Source: Arenicellales bacterium (lineage in GTDB: Bacteria; Pseudomonadota; Gammaproteobacteria; Arenicellales; JAJDZL01). Taken from it: 64,000 bases of DNA. The notes under the pieces were generated by a model. That model was not told where the DNA came from. It did no database searches and saw only the letters and a program-made list of their open reading frames with translations. A program made the position numbers and the translations under genes. The stretch spans positions 2,369,613 to 2,433,612 of the forward strand of contig OZ246969.1 in the NCBI GenBank assembly GCA_965232345.1. Reading direction: 5' to 3'. This document shows, piece after piece, positions 1 through 9,763 of the stretch; within the stretch, counting starts at the first letter, position 1; every line of letters starts with the position of its first letter.

Positions 1-1051
1 TTGAGACCGCGTCGATCGTGGCGCGGATCGCGGTCGGATGATGGGCGAAATCGTCGTAGACTTTGATGCCGTTGATGTTGGCCAGCAGTTCAAGCCTTCG
101 CTTGACGGGCTTGAACTCACACAGCGCCTCGACGGCAGTTTCGATTTTCACTCCGGCCTCGCAGGCAGTGGCGACTGCGGCGATCGCATTGGCGGTGTTG
201 TGCTGTCCCGGTATGTGCCACTTCAGATCAGCAGAGCCATAGACCCTGGAATGGATGTGTGAGCGCTGGTAGTCTTCAGACTGTGAATCGACGTACCAGT
301 CAGCCTCGCGATTGCCTGACGTGCTGAAACTGACAGTCGGGGATACCGAGCATCGATTCACGACCTCCCTGAGACGCGAGTCATCGCAATTGGCAATGAT
401 GCGCCCGGACGAAGGCAGGGTGCGAAGAAAGAATTCGAACTGCCGCTCTATATCCTCAATCGAATCGAAGATGTCTGCGTGATCGAATTCCAGGTTCAGC
501 AGTGTGGCGATCTTGGGACGGTAGTGAATGAATTTCGATCGCTTGTCAAAATAGGCGGTATCGTATTCGTCACTTTCTATGACAAACCAGTCTCCAACGC
601 CAATCCGCGAAGCGTCGGCGAAGTTCTGGGCGATTCCGCCGATCAGATAGCCCGGCGCCAGGTTCGCATACTCCAGAATCCAGGCGATCATGCTGGTTGT
701 CGTTGTCTTGCCGTGTGTGCCTGCAACGGCAATGACTTTGCGGCCTTGCAGAATATTCTCATACATCCACTGCGGGCCTGAGGTGTAGTAGATGCCCTTG
801 TCAAGCATCGCATCGACTTCCGGATTCGTGCGGCTGATGGTGTTTCCAACCAAGACCATATCCGGCCGTTGGCGCAGATTGTTCGGATGGTAGCCGGAAA
901 ACACCTCCACTTCCTGCTCGGCAAGCATGTCACTCATGGGAGGGTAGGAATTGAGATCCGATCCGGTAACTCGGAATCCAATATCTCTTGCGAGCAATGC
1001 GAGGTTGCCCATGAAGGTTCCGCAGATTCCGATAATGTGCAGATGTTTCAT
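1..1051 (-). CDS. mpl: UDP-N-acetylmuramate:L-alanyl-gamma-D-glutamyl-meso-diaminopimelate ligase (Mpl); 3' end runs off the window
   Basis: Absent from the ORF track because it is open at the window edge. My own minus-strand translation from the ATG at 1051-1049 gives MKHLHIIGICGTFMGNLALL. In frame it also gives VIAVAGTHGKTTTTSM (Mur-ligase P-loop, about nt 690-736) and VYDDFAHHPTAI (nt 61-26). ATGA start/stop overlap with the upstream ORF at 1048-1051. Confidence 0.85.
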   Translation of the reverse strand, partial: MKHLHIIGICGTFMGNLALLARDIGFRVTGSDLNSYPPMSDMLAEQEVEVFSGYHPNNLRQRPDMVLVGNTISRTNPEVDAMLDKGIYYTSGPQWMYENILQGRKVIAVAGTHGKTTTTSMIAWILEYANLAPGYLIGGIAQNFADASRIGVGDWFVIESDEYDTAYFDKRSKFIHYRPKIATLLNLEFDHADIFDSIEDIERQFEFFLRTLPSSGRIIANCDDSRLREVVNRCSVSPTVSFSTSGNREADWYVDSQSEDYQRSHIHSRVYGSADLKWHIPGQHNTANAIAAVATACEAGVKIETAVEALCEFKPVKRRLELLANINGIKVYDDFAHHPTAIRATIDAVS

Positions 1052-1593
1052 TGAATTGGCTCAGTAACCGGATCTGGAAAATCTCCGAAAAACTGCAGAA
1101 CAACAATGGAGACGGCCAAATTGACGGCCAGGGCCAGAAAGAACGCCTTGCCGTTCGAAGTCTCCAGCGCCTCTCTCAAGATGAAGGCGGAAATGCATAA
1201 GCCCCAGATGCCAAACGGCACCGCGATCAGAGCCAGCCAGAAGAAGCCTTGAGAGTCCTGCGCGAAGGCTTCCATAAACGCGATTGGAAAATACGCGACG
1301 CAGCGCACGACGGCGCTGGTGCCAAGAATTGCCGCAATGGTCTGGCGCCAGCGTTCAATGCGCTTGGCGAAATACAAAACCACAGCCACTGCAATGCCGT
1401 ATGCAAGAACTTGCCAGATGGCTATTTCAAGCTTGTTTGAGATCGGTGCGGATCCATCCAGAAAGGCTGTGGAGAGCAGCGCGGCAAGCGCCGCGAGCAG
1501 CACCGCATGATTGGATGCGGGCAGATTCTGCGGCTTGTCCCGAAAGAAGGCGATTCTGACGGTTGTTTGAATGAAGTTGCTAGCGGCAGCCAT
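1048..1593 (-). CDS. hypothetical multi-pass inner-membrane protein
   Basis: 181-aa ORF with several long hydrophobic segments (AVLLAALAALLSTAF, VLAYGIAVAVVLYF, FFWLALIAVPFGIWGLCISAFIL, FFLALAVNLAVSIVVLQFF). Translationally coupled to mpl. No family recognised. Confidence 0.55.
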   Translation of the reverse strand: MAAASNFIQTTVRIAFFRDKPQNLPASNHAVLLAALAALLSTAFLDGSAPISNKLEIAIWQVLAYGIAVAVVLYFAKRIERWRQTIAAILGTSAVVRCVAYFPIAFMEAFAQDSQGFFWLALIAVPFGIWGLCISAFILREALETSNGKAFFLALAVNLAVSIVVLQFFGDFPDPVTEPIQ

Positions 1594-2017
1594 GGGTGAA
1601 ACTGAATCCGTGATTTGTCAATTTGACTGCACTGTCTGTGTTCTAATGGCGTACTGGTCAGGCAAATGGAGTTGCGATTCGATGCATGACGGCAGTTGCT
1701 CTGCGAAATCAATCCAAAACAGTGAATTGGGCCTTGATTCGAGACGGGTCAGCTGGTCCGTCGAAATCAATGAGCAAACAGAATCCAAATGATGTTCAAA
1801 CGCTTGTCGATCAAATTCCTGCAAGACTTGCGATCAGACACTGACACGTCCAGAGAAACTGCGCAATGCAGTCCGACATGTGCTGGACAGGTAAAATTAT
1901 ATGCGACTGACCGAGACGCGGAATCCGACAATGCTGAGTTGCATTTGGTGAATGGTTGGAATTTCGGCAGTCACGAACATTCGAACGATTAAGCGATTCA
2001 TCGGACAGGGCGATTGA

Positions 2018-3118
2018 ATGAAAGAACTGAGTCAGCCGGTTACCAGCTCTGGCGCTCTCAGCGGACTGTGCGCTGAAGTAGCGGGAGAGCCGTACATTGC
2101 AGTCGATACAGAGTTCACGCGCCGTCGAACTTACCGGCCTAAGCTGGAGTTGATTCAGATCGCCACCGACGATGTCATTTTCTGTGTCGATGCGAAGTCT
2201 GTAACTGACTGGTTTGAATTGAGAGAGGTTTTCGCTGCGCCATCGACGGCCCTCGTGTTTCACTCGGCCGATCAAGACCTTGAAGCGCTTGAACAGCACC
2301 GGTTGGTTCCCAACCGAATCATTGACTCGCAAATCGCAGCACAGCTGTGCGGTGAGACGAAACTGTCATACAAACACCTTGTGAATGAGCACCTGGGCGT
2401 TGCGCTGCCCAAGGACCAGACGCAGACCCGATGGAGCAGACGGCCGCTCACATCTGAGCAGATTCGTTATGCGCTGAACGATGTGCGATATATCTTGCCT
2501 CTGTATCGGCGCTTGCGCGGTCAACTGAAACAAGCCAGCAGACTGTCCTGGCTTGAGGAGGAGTGCCAGAGGCTGCGCGACCTTCCGCGCGGCGATGCGA
2601 TGATGGCGGATGCATGGAAGTCATTCAATGGTGGATCGATGCTTTCGATATCAGACCAGCAAATCGCAAAACATCTCCTGACTTGGCGGGAGCAAAGAGC
2701 GAGCAAAATCGACTTGCCGCGTCAGTGGGTGCTGTCCGATCAGCAAATCACTGCGTTGCTCAAAGACAAGCCTTCTTCAGTGGAGCAAACTGCGAAGCGG
2801 CTGAACGTCAAGAAATCACAAGTGCCGTTCTGGGTGAAAGCCGTGCATTCTATATTGAATGCGCATCAGGAGAATGCGGATTTGCCGGTATGGCAGACTT
2901 GGAGAGCGCTCAGCGCCGCTGAAAAAAGAAGGGTGGAGAAACTGCTCGACGATCTTTACCGTATTGCCGATCAGGCCAACCTACCGGGAGCGTATCTGTG
3001 CAACCGGCAAGAGGCCGTGGAGACTGTGTGCGGTTCAAGAACCGCTCGAATGTTCTCCGGTTGGAGATGGGCGCTTGCGGCTTCGGCAATCGAATCCCTG
3101 CTTGACGAAGAAGATTGA
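2018..3118 (+). CDS. rnd: ribonuclease D (DEDD 3'-5' exonuclease plus HRDC-type C-terminus)
   Basis: 366 aa. Contains YIAVDTEFTRRRTYRPKLELIQIAT (ExoI motif), HSADQDLEAL and YALNDVRYILPLY, which are typical of RNase D. Length is typical. Confidence 0.85.
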   Translation: MKELSQPVTSSGALSGLCAEVAGEPYIAVDTEFTRRRTYRPKLELIQIATDDVIFCVDAKSVTDWFELREVFAAPSTALVFHSADQDLEALEQHRLVPNRIIDSQIAAQLCGETKLSYKHLVNEHLGVALPKDQTQTRWSRRPLTSEQIRYALNDVRYILPLYRRLRGQLKQASRLSWLEEECQRLRDLPRGDAMMADAWKSFNGGSMLSISDQQIAKHLLTWREQRASKIDLPRQWVLSDQQITALLKDKPSSVEQTAKRLNVKKSQVPFWVKAVHSILNAHQENADLPVWQTWRALSAAEKRRVEKLLDDLYRIADQANLPGAYLCNRQEAVETVCGSRTARMFSGWRWALAASAIESLLDEED

Positions 3119-3134
3119 CTCAGAACGAATTGGA

Positions 3135-4655
3135 TCAGGCGACGCGCACTGGAAATTCTGAAAGAATCTCGCGCCACTTCCGAGGGCCTTCCACATGGGC
3201 TGAATTGCCGTCGCTGTCGACGGCGACGGTTACTGGCATGTCCTCGACTTCAAATTCGTAGATGGCTTCCATGCCGAGGTCTTCGAAAGCCAGAACTCGC
3301 GCAGAACGAATCGCTTTGGACACCAGATACGCGGCGCCGCCTACTGCGATCAGATATACAGCGCCGTGTTTCTTGATCGCCGCCAGGCCTTCCGGTCCGC
3401 GCTCAGCTTTGCCGATCATTCCAATCAGACCGGTTTTCTCGATCAGCTCGTCCGTATACATGTCCATGCGGGTTGCGGTGGTTGGACCGGCCGGCCCCAC
3501 CGCTTCGTCACCCACCGCGTCGACCGGGCCTACGTAATAGATGAACCGGTCTTTGAGATCAACTCCGCCTGGCAGGGACTCGCCGCGTCCAAAATATTCC
3601 AGCATTCGCTTATGCGCCGCATCTCTGCCGGTCAGAATCTTGCCGGATATGAGGAGTTTCTCCCCAATTCTCCACTCCTGAATTTCTGATTTTGTTGCCT
3701 TGCCGATGTCCACCCGGCGCGCTCCTGAGGTGTCCTGGAGGATTCTTGGCCACTCGTTCTGCGAAGGCAAGGGCATCTCAGCGGGACCGGAGCCATCCAA
3801 TGTGAAATGAATGTGCCTTGTGGCTGCGCAGTTCGGAATCAGGCCAACCGGCAAGGATGCCGCATGAGTGGGATATTCCTTGATCTTGACATCGAGCACA
3901 GTGGTCACTCCACCCAAGCCCTGGGCGCCGATACCCAGTTGATTGACTTCGCGATAGAGTCTGATCCGCATCTCTTCGGTGGGTGTGTTCACACCGCGTT
4001 CAAGCAGTTCGTGAATATCGATCGGGTCCATCAGGGCTTCTTTCGCGAGCACCACTGACTTCTCAGGCGTGCCGCCGATTCCGATTCCCAATATGCCCGG
4101 CGGACACCAGCCGGCTCCGAGTTTTGGCAGAGTCTCAAGCACCCAGTCAACGACATTCTGTCCGGGATTGAGAATGGTCAGTTTGGCTTTGTTTTCAGAG
4201 CCGCCGCCTTTGGCGGCCAAGGTGATGTCAACTCTGTTTCCTTCTACCAGCTCGGTGTGAAGGACTGCGGGAGTGTTGTCGCGGGTGTTCTTGCGAACGC
4301 CCCAAGGCGGACTGACTACAGAAGCCCTCAGCGGATTGTCTGGATTCAGGTAGGCGCGCCGCACTCCTTCGTCGACCAGTTCCTGCAGAGAACGGTCAGT
4401 ATCCCACTGCACGTTCATGCCTACTTTGGCGAAAACAACCACCACACCTGTATCCTGACAGATCGGACGATGCCCCTCGGCGGACATGCGCGAATTGATC
4501 AGAATTTGGGCGATTGCATCTTTAGCGGCTGGAGATTTTTCTCGTTCGTAGGCCGCGGTCATCGCTCGGACAAAATCAGCCGAGTGATAGTATGAAATGT
4601 GCTGCAGTCCATCGGCGACACTTTGAATCAGTTGGTCAGCTGAAATTTTCGCCAT
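3135..4655 (-). CDS. class I (Fe-S dependent) fumarate hydratase, single-polypeptide type
   Basis: 506 aa. Contains PICQDTGVVVVFAKVG, GGGSENKAKL and a C-terminal beta-domain-like GRDAAHKRM...VYLIAVGGAAYL. Reads as fused alpha/beta class I fumarase. Confidence 0.88.
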   Translation of the reverse strand: MAKISADQLIQSVADGLQHISYYHSADFVRAMTAAYEREKSPAAKDAIAQILINSRMSAEGHRPICQDTGVVVVFAKVGMNVQWDTDRSLQELVDEGVRRAYLNPDNPLRASVVSPPWGVRKNTRDNTPAVLHTELVEGNRVDITLAAKGGGSENKAKLTILNPGQNVVDWVLETLPKLGAGWCPPGILGIGIGGTPEKSVVLAKEALMDPIDIHELLERGVNTPTEEMRIRLYREVNQLGIGAQGLGGVTTVLDVKIKEYPTHAASLPVGLIPNCAATRHIHFTLDGSGPAEMPLPSQNEWPRILQDTSGARRVDIGKATKSEIQEWRIGEKLLISGKILTGRDAAHKRMLEYFGRGESLPGGVDLKDRFIYYVGPVDAVGDEAVGPAGPTTATRMDMYTDELIEKTGLIGMIGKAERGPEGLAAIKKHGAVYLIAVGGAAYLVSKAIRSARVLAFEDLGMEAIYEFEVEDMPVTVAVDSDGNSAHVEGPRKWREILSEFPVRVA

Positions 4656-4870
4656 CGTTTTCCAAGATTAATTTTGGGGTGTTTACGCTTGCCTTGTCGT
4701 CAGGTAACGAACTTGCCAATTCATGCAATTCGAACATACAGTCTCTCATTTCGACATCAAGACTGCTGCCTTCTTGGCACGCCGAATCTCTAATTTTCTG
4801 AAGCTATGTCCAGTCTGGTTAAACAATGATTTACATTGGCTATTCCGCTCCAAAGCAGAGTGGCAGATGG

Positions 4871-6811
4871 CTAAGCGATCTTCTCGATGCTTTCCTGCAC
4901 TGCGGACCGAATGCGCTGAAATCTTTCGTTGATTGAATTGTAGTGATCTTCTGGAACCGCGCCAGTCAGCCAGTACTGGACCATCAGATCGTTCACTTCA
5001 CTTTCTGAGTTCGTCCTTTCAGAGCGTTTGGTCATGACCGCGTTCAGACGTTCGACGTTGTATCGCATCCGTTCTTTGGCAAACGCCGGCGGAGAGTCGA
5101 GTTCGGTCAGCACCTCAAGCTGCAGACAGATGCTCTTCTTTTCTTCAAAGTTTTTATTGGCCCGCTCGCGAACAGCAGAATTCACAGAGGAGCCTGACTC
5201 TAAAACCTGGCAGGCTTCTGAAAATCGTCTCTGAATGGCATCCTCATACTCCCCGCATCTGTCTTCACAGCTTTCCCACTTACGCTTGATTTCAACAAGA
5301 ACCGAATCGGTGTCAGATTCGCGATGCGACTGCTCCAGCGTTTCGCAAATTTCCGCCTTTTTTTCCAGCAGAACAAACAGGGACTGGGCTTCCAGTTTGT
5401 TGGCCTGCTTGATCGACTGATGAAACTTGGCAACTTCGTTGTTGAATTCTGATTGAAGCGCGTCGGGTTTGCCCTTGCCCGAATCTCTCGTCTGCCGCCA
5501 GCGTTGCTGTATGTCAGACAATTTCGATACGGAAGCTTTGATTTCTGAGGGTGAGAGCTGATTGAGGGATCTGATTTCACTCAGCAGATTCTGTCTCAAC
5601 GCTGAATTTTCCTTGCGCTGCCGGTCTTTTTCCTTGAACATGTCGGCACGTCTCTGGAACTGTCGGTCGCAGGCGCTTTTGAAATCCTTCCAGAGCTCAT
5701 TCTCTTTCTTCTTCCTTGTCCGAATGACGACGGTCTTCCAATCTTTCTGGTAGATTTTCGCCCTATCGATGGCGACCTTGACGGGTTCTGCATCAAGCGC
5801 ATTGGCCTTGCGAATCAATTCCTCCCGAAACTGAATGCCCTTCTGTCTCTCCTGCTCGAGATAGGGCTGAAACCTGTCCATCACCTCATCGAATTGAGCA
5901 TTGGTCGTATCCCAATCCTTCTTGTTCAACGGAACCGCGCTCTTCCATTGCTTTCTCGCGTTTCTCAATGCCTCTCCGATGACGCGCCAGTCGGGCTGAT
6001 GTCCCCAATCGGTTGCTTCAAAGAGCCGCTCCAGATCGGCACAAATGTTCTTGCGCCGCTGTTTATTCTGCTTTCGCTGTCTCTTCTGTTCCTTGAAGAA
6101 CTCTTTGCATGGCTCGAATGCTTCGTTGTAGGCATCCGTGAAACTCTGGCGCAGCTTCTGATTCGGAAAATCTCCGGTCTTGTTCCATTTGTGCCACTGG
6201 TCTCGAATCGACTTCAATTTGGTGTGCAGCTCTCTTGGGTGCTCTTCAGAACGTTTGAGCGCGATCAGCTGATCGATCAGTTCCTGTCGGGCCTGATTCA
6301 TACTCCAGTTTCGCCACTTCTTGAGCTGCTGAATCTCGAATTGAAATTTGTTCAGCTTTTTCTGCAGCTTCTTGCGACTGGCTGGGTCGTGTTCAGTCTC
6401 TTCCAGTTTCTTGAGTCTTGCCTGGCATTGCTCGTAGAGCGAGATGCACTCCTTCAACTGCCCATCTTCCAAAGCGCCTTTCAGCTCTTTAGCGAGGTCT
6501 TTGGCTTGCCTGAGTGTCAGCTTCGCATCGATTCCACCGGATTTGGTTTCGGCGTTGTCGCTTTGCTCAGAGGATGCAGCCTTCTCTGATTCAGCAGCCT
6601 CGTCTTTATCGGCCGAATCGGAGTCTTCAGCCGGCGGTGAACTCATTGGCTCTGAAACACCAACCGTGCGGGTCTCTGAAGGATCTGAGTTCACCGATTC
6701 AGCCACCGCCGCATTGTCCGAAGCAAGGCTTTCTGTGCTGATGTCTTCAGGACTCGTCGGGCTTTCAGCGCCTGGGTTCGGTGTTTCTTCAGAGTTGAGA
6801 CTGCCAGTCAT
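4871..6811 (-). CDS. DUF349-type repeat protein with an acidic Ser/Glu-rich N-terminus
   Basis: Long Lys/Glu/Gln-rich protein with recurring W-containing helical repeats (KKWRNWSMNQARQELI, RDQWHKWNKTGDF, RKQWKSAVPLNKKDWD, YQKDWKTVVIRTRKKKENELWKDF, QQRWRQTRDSGKG, KRKWESCED). The track ORF extends to 6937, but the internal ATG at 6811 (MTGSLNSEE) looks the more likely start. Confidence 0.65.
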   Translation of the reverse strand: MTGSLNSEETPNPGAESPTSPEDISTESLASDNAAVAESVNSDPSETRTVGVSEPMSSPPAEDSDSADKDEAAESEKAASSEQSDNAETKSGGIDAKLTLRQAKDLAKELKGALEDGQLKECISLYEQCQARLKKLEETEHDPASRKKLQKKLNKFQFEIQQLKKWRNWSMNQARQELIDQLIALKRSEEHPRELHTKLKSIRDQWHKWNKTGDFPNQKLRQSFTDAYNEAFEPCKEFFKEQKRQRKQNKQRRKNICADLERLFEATDWGHQPDWRVIGEALRNARKQWKSAVPLNKKDWDTTNAQFDEVMDRFQPYLEQERQKGIQFREELIRKANALDAEPVKVAIDRAKIYQKDWKTVVIRTRKKKENELWKDFKSACDRQFQRRADMFKEKDRQRKENSALRQNLLSEIRSLNQLSPSEIKASVSKLSDIQQRWRQTRDSGKGKPDALQSEFNNEVAKFHQSIKQANKLEAQSLFVLLEKKAEICETLEQSHRESDTDSVLVEIKRKWESCEDRCGEYEDAIQRRFSEACQVLESGSSVNSAVRERANKNFEEKKSICLQLEVLTELDSPPAFAKERMRYNVERLNAVMTKRSERTNSESEVNDLMVQYWLTGAVPEDHYNSINERFQRIRSAVQESIEKIA

Positions 6812-7118
6812 TATCACTTGAAAATGAGGTTTATTGAAAAACTGAGAAAGAAAAGGACGTTCAATTGCTAACGCCCGGATCTGGCTGATGGGATTGGCGG
6901 TTGTTATAGCGGAATTTGTGCGGAATTTCAACCGCAACGGTGAATTTCGCCTTATTCAGGCTGCAGCCAAGTGAAAGGTGTCGCGTTCATTGATCAAGCC
7001 GAAGCCGGCAGTTTACTGCACCAGATAAAATCGGCATTCAGATTCCTCGCAAATTTTTACGAGCGGTGTTCCTGACCCGCGCTTTCGCACAACCGATCAC
7101 CATCAGTGGTGGCTGCAG

Positions 7119-8261
7119 CTACTGCGTGCCGCGGCGAAGCGCTTTAGCCCCGAACTTCTGATTGATTTCGTCCATGACTCCATCAATTCTCTTCTGCTGT
7201 TCCAGTGAAGCGGACTCCAGCTGCAGCTGAGGATCGTCGGCTTGGTTCTCCAGCAGACTGGTCTGAACGCCAATGAGCCGAATCTTGAAGCTTTCACCGA
7301 GTGCGGCGCGAAGCAGGTTTCGCGCGCATTGCCAGATGACCTGCGTGACATTTGTTGCGACAGGCAGTGTTTTGCTTCGAGTGATCGTTTTGAAGTTCGA
7401 GTCGCGCAGCTTGATTCCAATTGTCCGGGCGCTCAGGTTCTTGTTCCGAAGCCGTGTCGCGACATCTTCCACCAGGCTCAGCAGCGTGCTCTCAAGGTCA
7501 TGGAGATCTTCCGCGTCAGCTGCGAATGTTGTCTCCCTGGAAAGGGTGACTGACTTCCGCTGGGGGACAACCTGACGGTCATCTTCACCGTGCGCGAGTT
7601 TCAGCAGCCGTTCCGCTGCGTTTCCAACACACGGTCTGAGTGTCGCCGAATCCGCGAGGCGGAAATCCTGAATGGTGAAAATGCCGGCCAGGTTCAGTTT
7701 GTGTTCGGCCACCGGGCCGATTCCCCACAGCCGTTTGACTGGAAGCGGATCGAGAAATGCGGTCAGCGGTGGATGAACCATGACAAAGCCGTCTGGCTTC
7801 TTGAGATCACTCGCGATTTTCGCAACGAACTTGTTTGGCGCGATTCCGACGGATGCTGTGAGCTGCAGCTGGGTGAGGATATCGTTCTTGACCTGACGCG
7901 CAATGGCTGCGGCATCGCCGAATAGGCGCGTGCTGCCGGCAACATCAAGAAAAGCCTCGTCTATCGACAGCGGTTCCACCAGAGGTGTGTAGCGCTGAAA
8001 TATCTCGCGAATCTGTATGGACACCTCGATATAGCGCTGCATTCGCATGGGAATGAATACAAGATCGGGGCACAGCTTCATAGCCGTTCCAGATGGCATC
8101 GCACTGCGAACGCCGAACTGCCTGGCTTCATAACTCGCGGCCGCAACCACCCCGCGTTCTTGAGGTGTGCCGCCCACTGCGATCGGCAGTCCTGCCAGCT
8201 CAGGATGATCACGCTGCTCGACAGAGGCGTAGAACGCATCCATGTCAACGTGAATGATCAC
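7119..8261 (-). CDS. dinB: DNA polymerase IV (Y-family)
   Basis: 380 aa. Starts MIIHVDMDAFYASVEQRDHPELAGLPIAVGG; also SIDEAFLDV and VGIAPNKFVAKIASDLKKPDG. Canonical DinB motifs. Confidence 0.9.
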   Translation of the reverse strand: MIIHVDMDAFYASVEQRDHPELAGLPIAVGGTPQERGVVAAASYEARQFGVRSAMPSGTAMKLCPDLVFIPMRMQRYIEVSIQIREIFQRYTPLVEPLSIDEAFLDVAGSTRLFGDAAAIARQVKNDILTQLQLTASVGIAPNKFVAKIASDLKKPDGFVMVHPPLTAFLDPLPVKRLWGIGPVAEHKLNLAGIFTIQDFRLADSATLRPCVGNAAERLLKLAHGEDDRQVVPQRKSVTLSRETTFAADAEDLHDLESTLLSLVEDVATRLRNKNLSARTIGIKLRDSNFKTITRSKTLPVATNVTQVIWQCARNLLRAALGESFKIRLIGVQTSLLENQADDPQLQLESASLEQQKRIDGVMDEINQKFGAKALRRGTQ

Positions 8262-8390
8262 CGGCTCAAGATCATATTCTGCAGCGCCTGAAGATGAAGA
8301 TCGCCTGCAGGAACACCGTTGGCAGATTCAGCGAGCGGTCATGCGAATCGAAAGACTGTTCAAAGTATCGGATTTCTACCAGCGAATCGA

Positions 8391-9209
8391 TCAGGTTTCG
8401 ATGGGGGTTTCGTGCGAGTTGCCCCATTCTGACCAGGAGCCTGCGTATCCTCGAATTCGGCTGTAGCCGAGCGACTTCAGCATTGCGTAGCTGTGTGAGG
8501 ACCGGTGATGAGTCTGGCAGTAGGTGATGATTTCCTTGTCCGGCGTGATGCCTTGCTTCTCAAGCATATCCAGCAGATCCCCGCTGGGTTTGAAACGGTT
8601 GTTTCGAGTGCTGTCGATCGTGTCGAGCCAGTTGACATTGCGCGCGCCCGGAATATGTCCGCCTCTGAGTGACCGGACATCAAAACCCTGATACTCCATC
8701 GGCGAGCGCGCGTCCAGCAGTCCTACATCCTCGTCACCCATTTTTGACAGGATGTAGTCCTTGTCCGCATGCGATCTTCCGTTGACATGCGCAGCGTAGC
8801 GGCTGCGTTCGACTTTGCGGGGGGTGTCGCGTTCAACAGGGTGCCCCTCATTCTTCCAGGCGGTGAAACCGCCGTTCAGCAGGGAGCTGCCGGGATGCGC
8901 CAGCACATCCAGCGTCCACAGCAGCCTCGATGCGCGGCCATTTCCCTCTGAATCATAGGCGACAACATGCTTGTCCTCGGTCAGGCCGATCGCGGAAAAA
9001 GCCTCCAGAAGCATTTCCACCGGCGGTAGCTGTCCGCTTGCCGGGGGCAGCCCCGATACAATATCGAGGTAGTCGATATGAACGGCGCCTGGAATGCGTT
9101 CTTTTTCGTAAGCATCCATGTCGCCTACATCCACGACCAGAAGATTCAGCGAGCCGAGCATCGATTCCAGTTCACTCGGTTCCAATAAAAATTTTAAATC
9201 CGTCATCAT
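8391..9209 (-). CDS. sulfurtransferase with tandem rhodanese domains
   Basis: 272 aa in two rhodanese-like halves. GHIPGAVHI in the first half, GHIPGARNV plus the active-site loop YCQTHHRSSH in the second. Confidence 0.8.
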   Translation of the reverse strand: MMTDLKFLLEPSELESMLGSLNLLVVDVGDMDAYEKERIPGAVHIDYLDIVSGLPPASGQLPPVEMLLEAFSAIGLTEDKHVVAYDSEGNGRASRLLWTLDVLAHPGSSLLNGGFTAWKNEGHPVERDTPRKVERSRYAAHVNGRSHADKDYILSKMGDEDVGLLDARSPMEYQGFDVRSLRGGHIPGARNVNWLDTIDSTRNNRFKPSGDLLDMLEKQGITPDKEIITYCQTHHRSSHSYAMLKSLGYSRIRGYAGSWSEWGNSHETPIET

Positions 9210-9572
9210 CGCAAAATTTTCTTACAATCTTCGATAAATTAAAAAATAATTCTAAATTAGACCTGTCTGACAAATAATTTTAGAATAGAGTGCACAATAT
9301 AATTCCAAATTTTGATTTGTCAAGAGAAAATTTGAAAGAATTTCGATTTGAGGGTGGTGAATCGCCGGTTCCGGTTCTCAATCGGCGGGCGGGCAGTCGC
9401 AATATTCGGTTTCGACCAGCTGAATTTCGAGAAACCCGCGCTTGAAAATTCACACTCAGCCATCATTTTTGAAGTGAGATTCTGCGCGCGCGGCGGAAGA
9501 AAAGTTATCCACAAATCTTGTTAACAACTTTGTTAGTATCTTCTGAAAACAGCGAATCTCCGCAGTTTCGCA

Positions 9573-9595
9573 AGGTGGTAAATCATTTACCACCT
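9573..9595. promoter_or_regulatory. 23-bp perfect palindrome AGGTGGTAAAT-C-ATTTACCACCT in the rhodanese/relA divergent intergenic region
   Basis: Read directly: 11-bp arms around one central base, with no adjacent T-run on either strand. A consensus DnaA box TTATCCACA lies at 9505-9513. Confidence 0.4.
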
Positions 9596-9763
9596 GAAAT
9601 TTGATGAGACTGCGTCTCGAATCCAAGCCAAATTGAAAATTAAATTCAAGAACAAACAGATGTCGCATTATTTTTTCGGCAGCTCATTAACATTGCGTGA
9701 TAAAGTCTGTCTTGTCGGCTTTCCAGTTCAAATCACCCGCCAAGTTCTGATTCGGCTGACGTT

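Noticed and set aside
6812-6937. Upstream extension of the DUF349 ORF (MRLKFRTNSAITT...)
   Set aside because: The extension is not repeat-like and precedes a good internal ATG (6811). It is probably non-coding, though the start is not experimentally resolvable from sequence alone.
8262-8390. LexA (SOS) box upstream of dinB
   Set aside because: The best candidate, CTGTTCAAAGTATCGG, has only the CTGT half of the CTGT-N8-ACAG consensus, so no convincing SOS box can be called.
9210-9763. Possible chromosomal replication origin (AT-rich region plus a perfect DnaA box)
   Set aside because: Only one consensus DnaA box. There is no cluster of boxes, no 13-mer AT-rich repeat array and no GATC enrichment. 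The neighbouring genes (rhodanese, relA) are not typical oriC neighbours.
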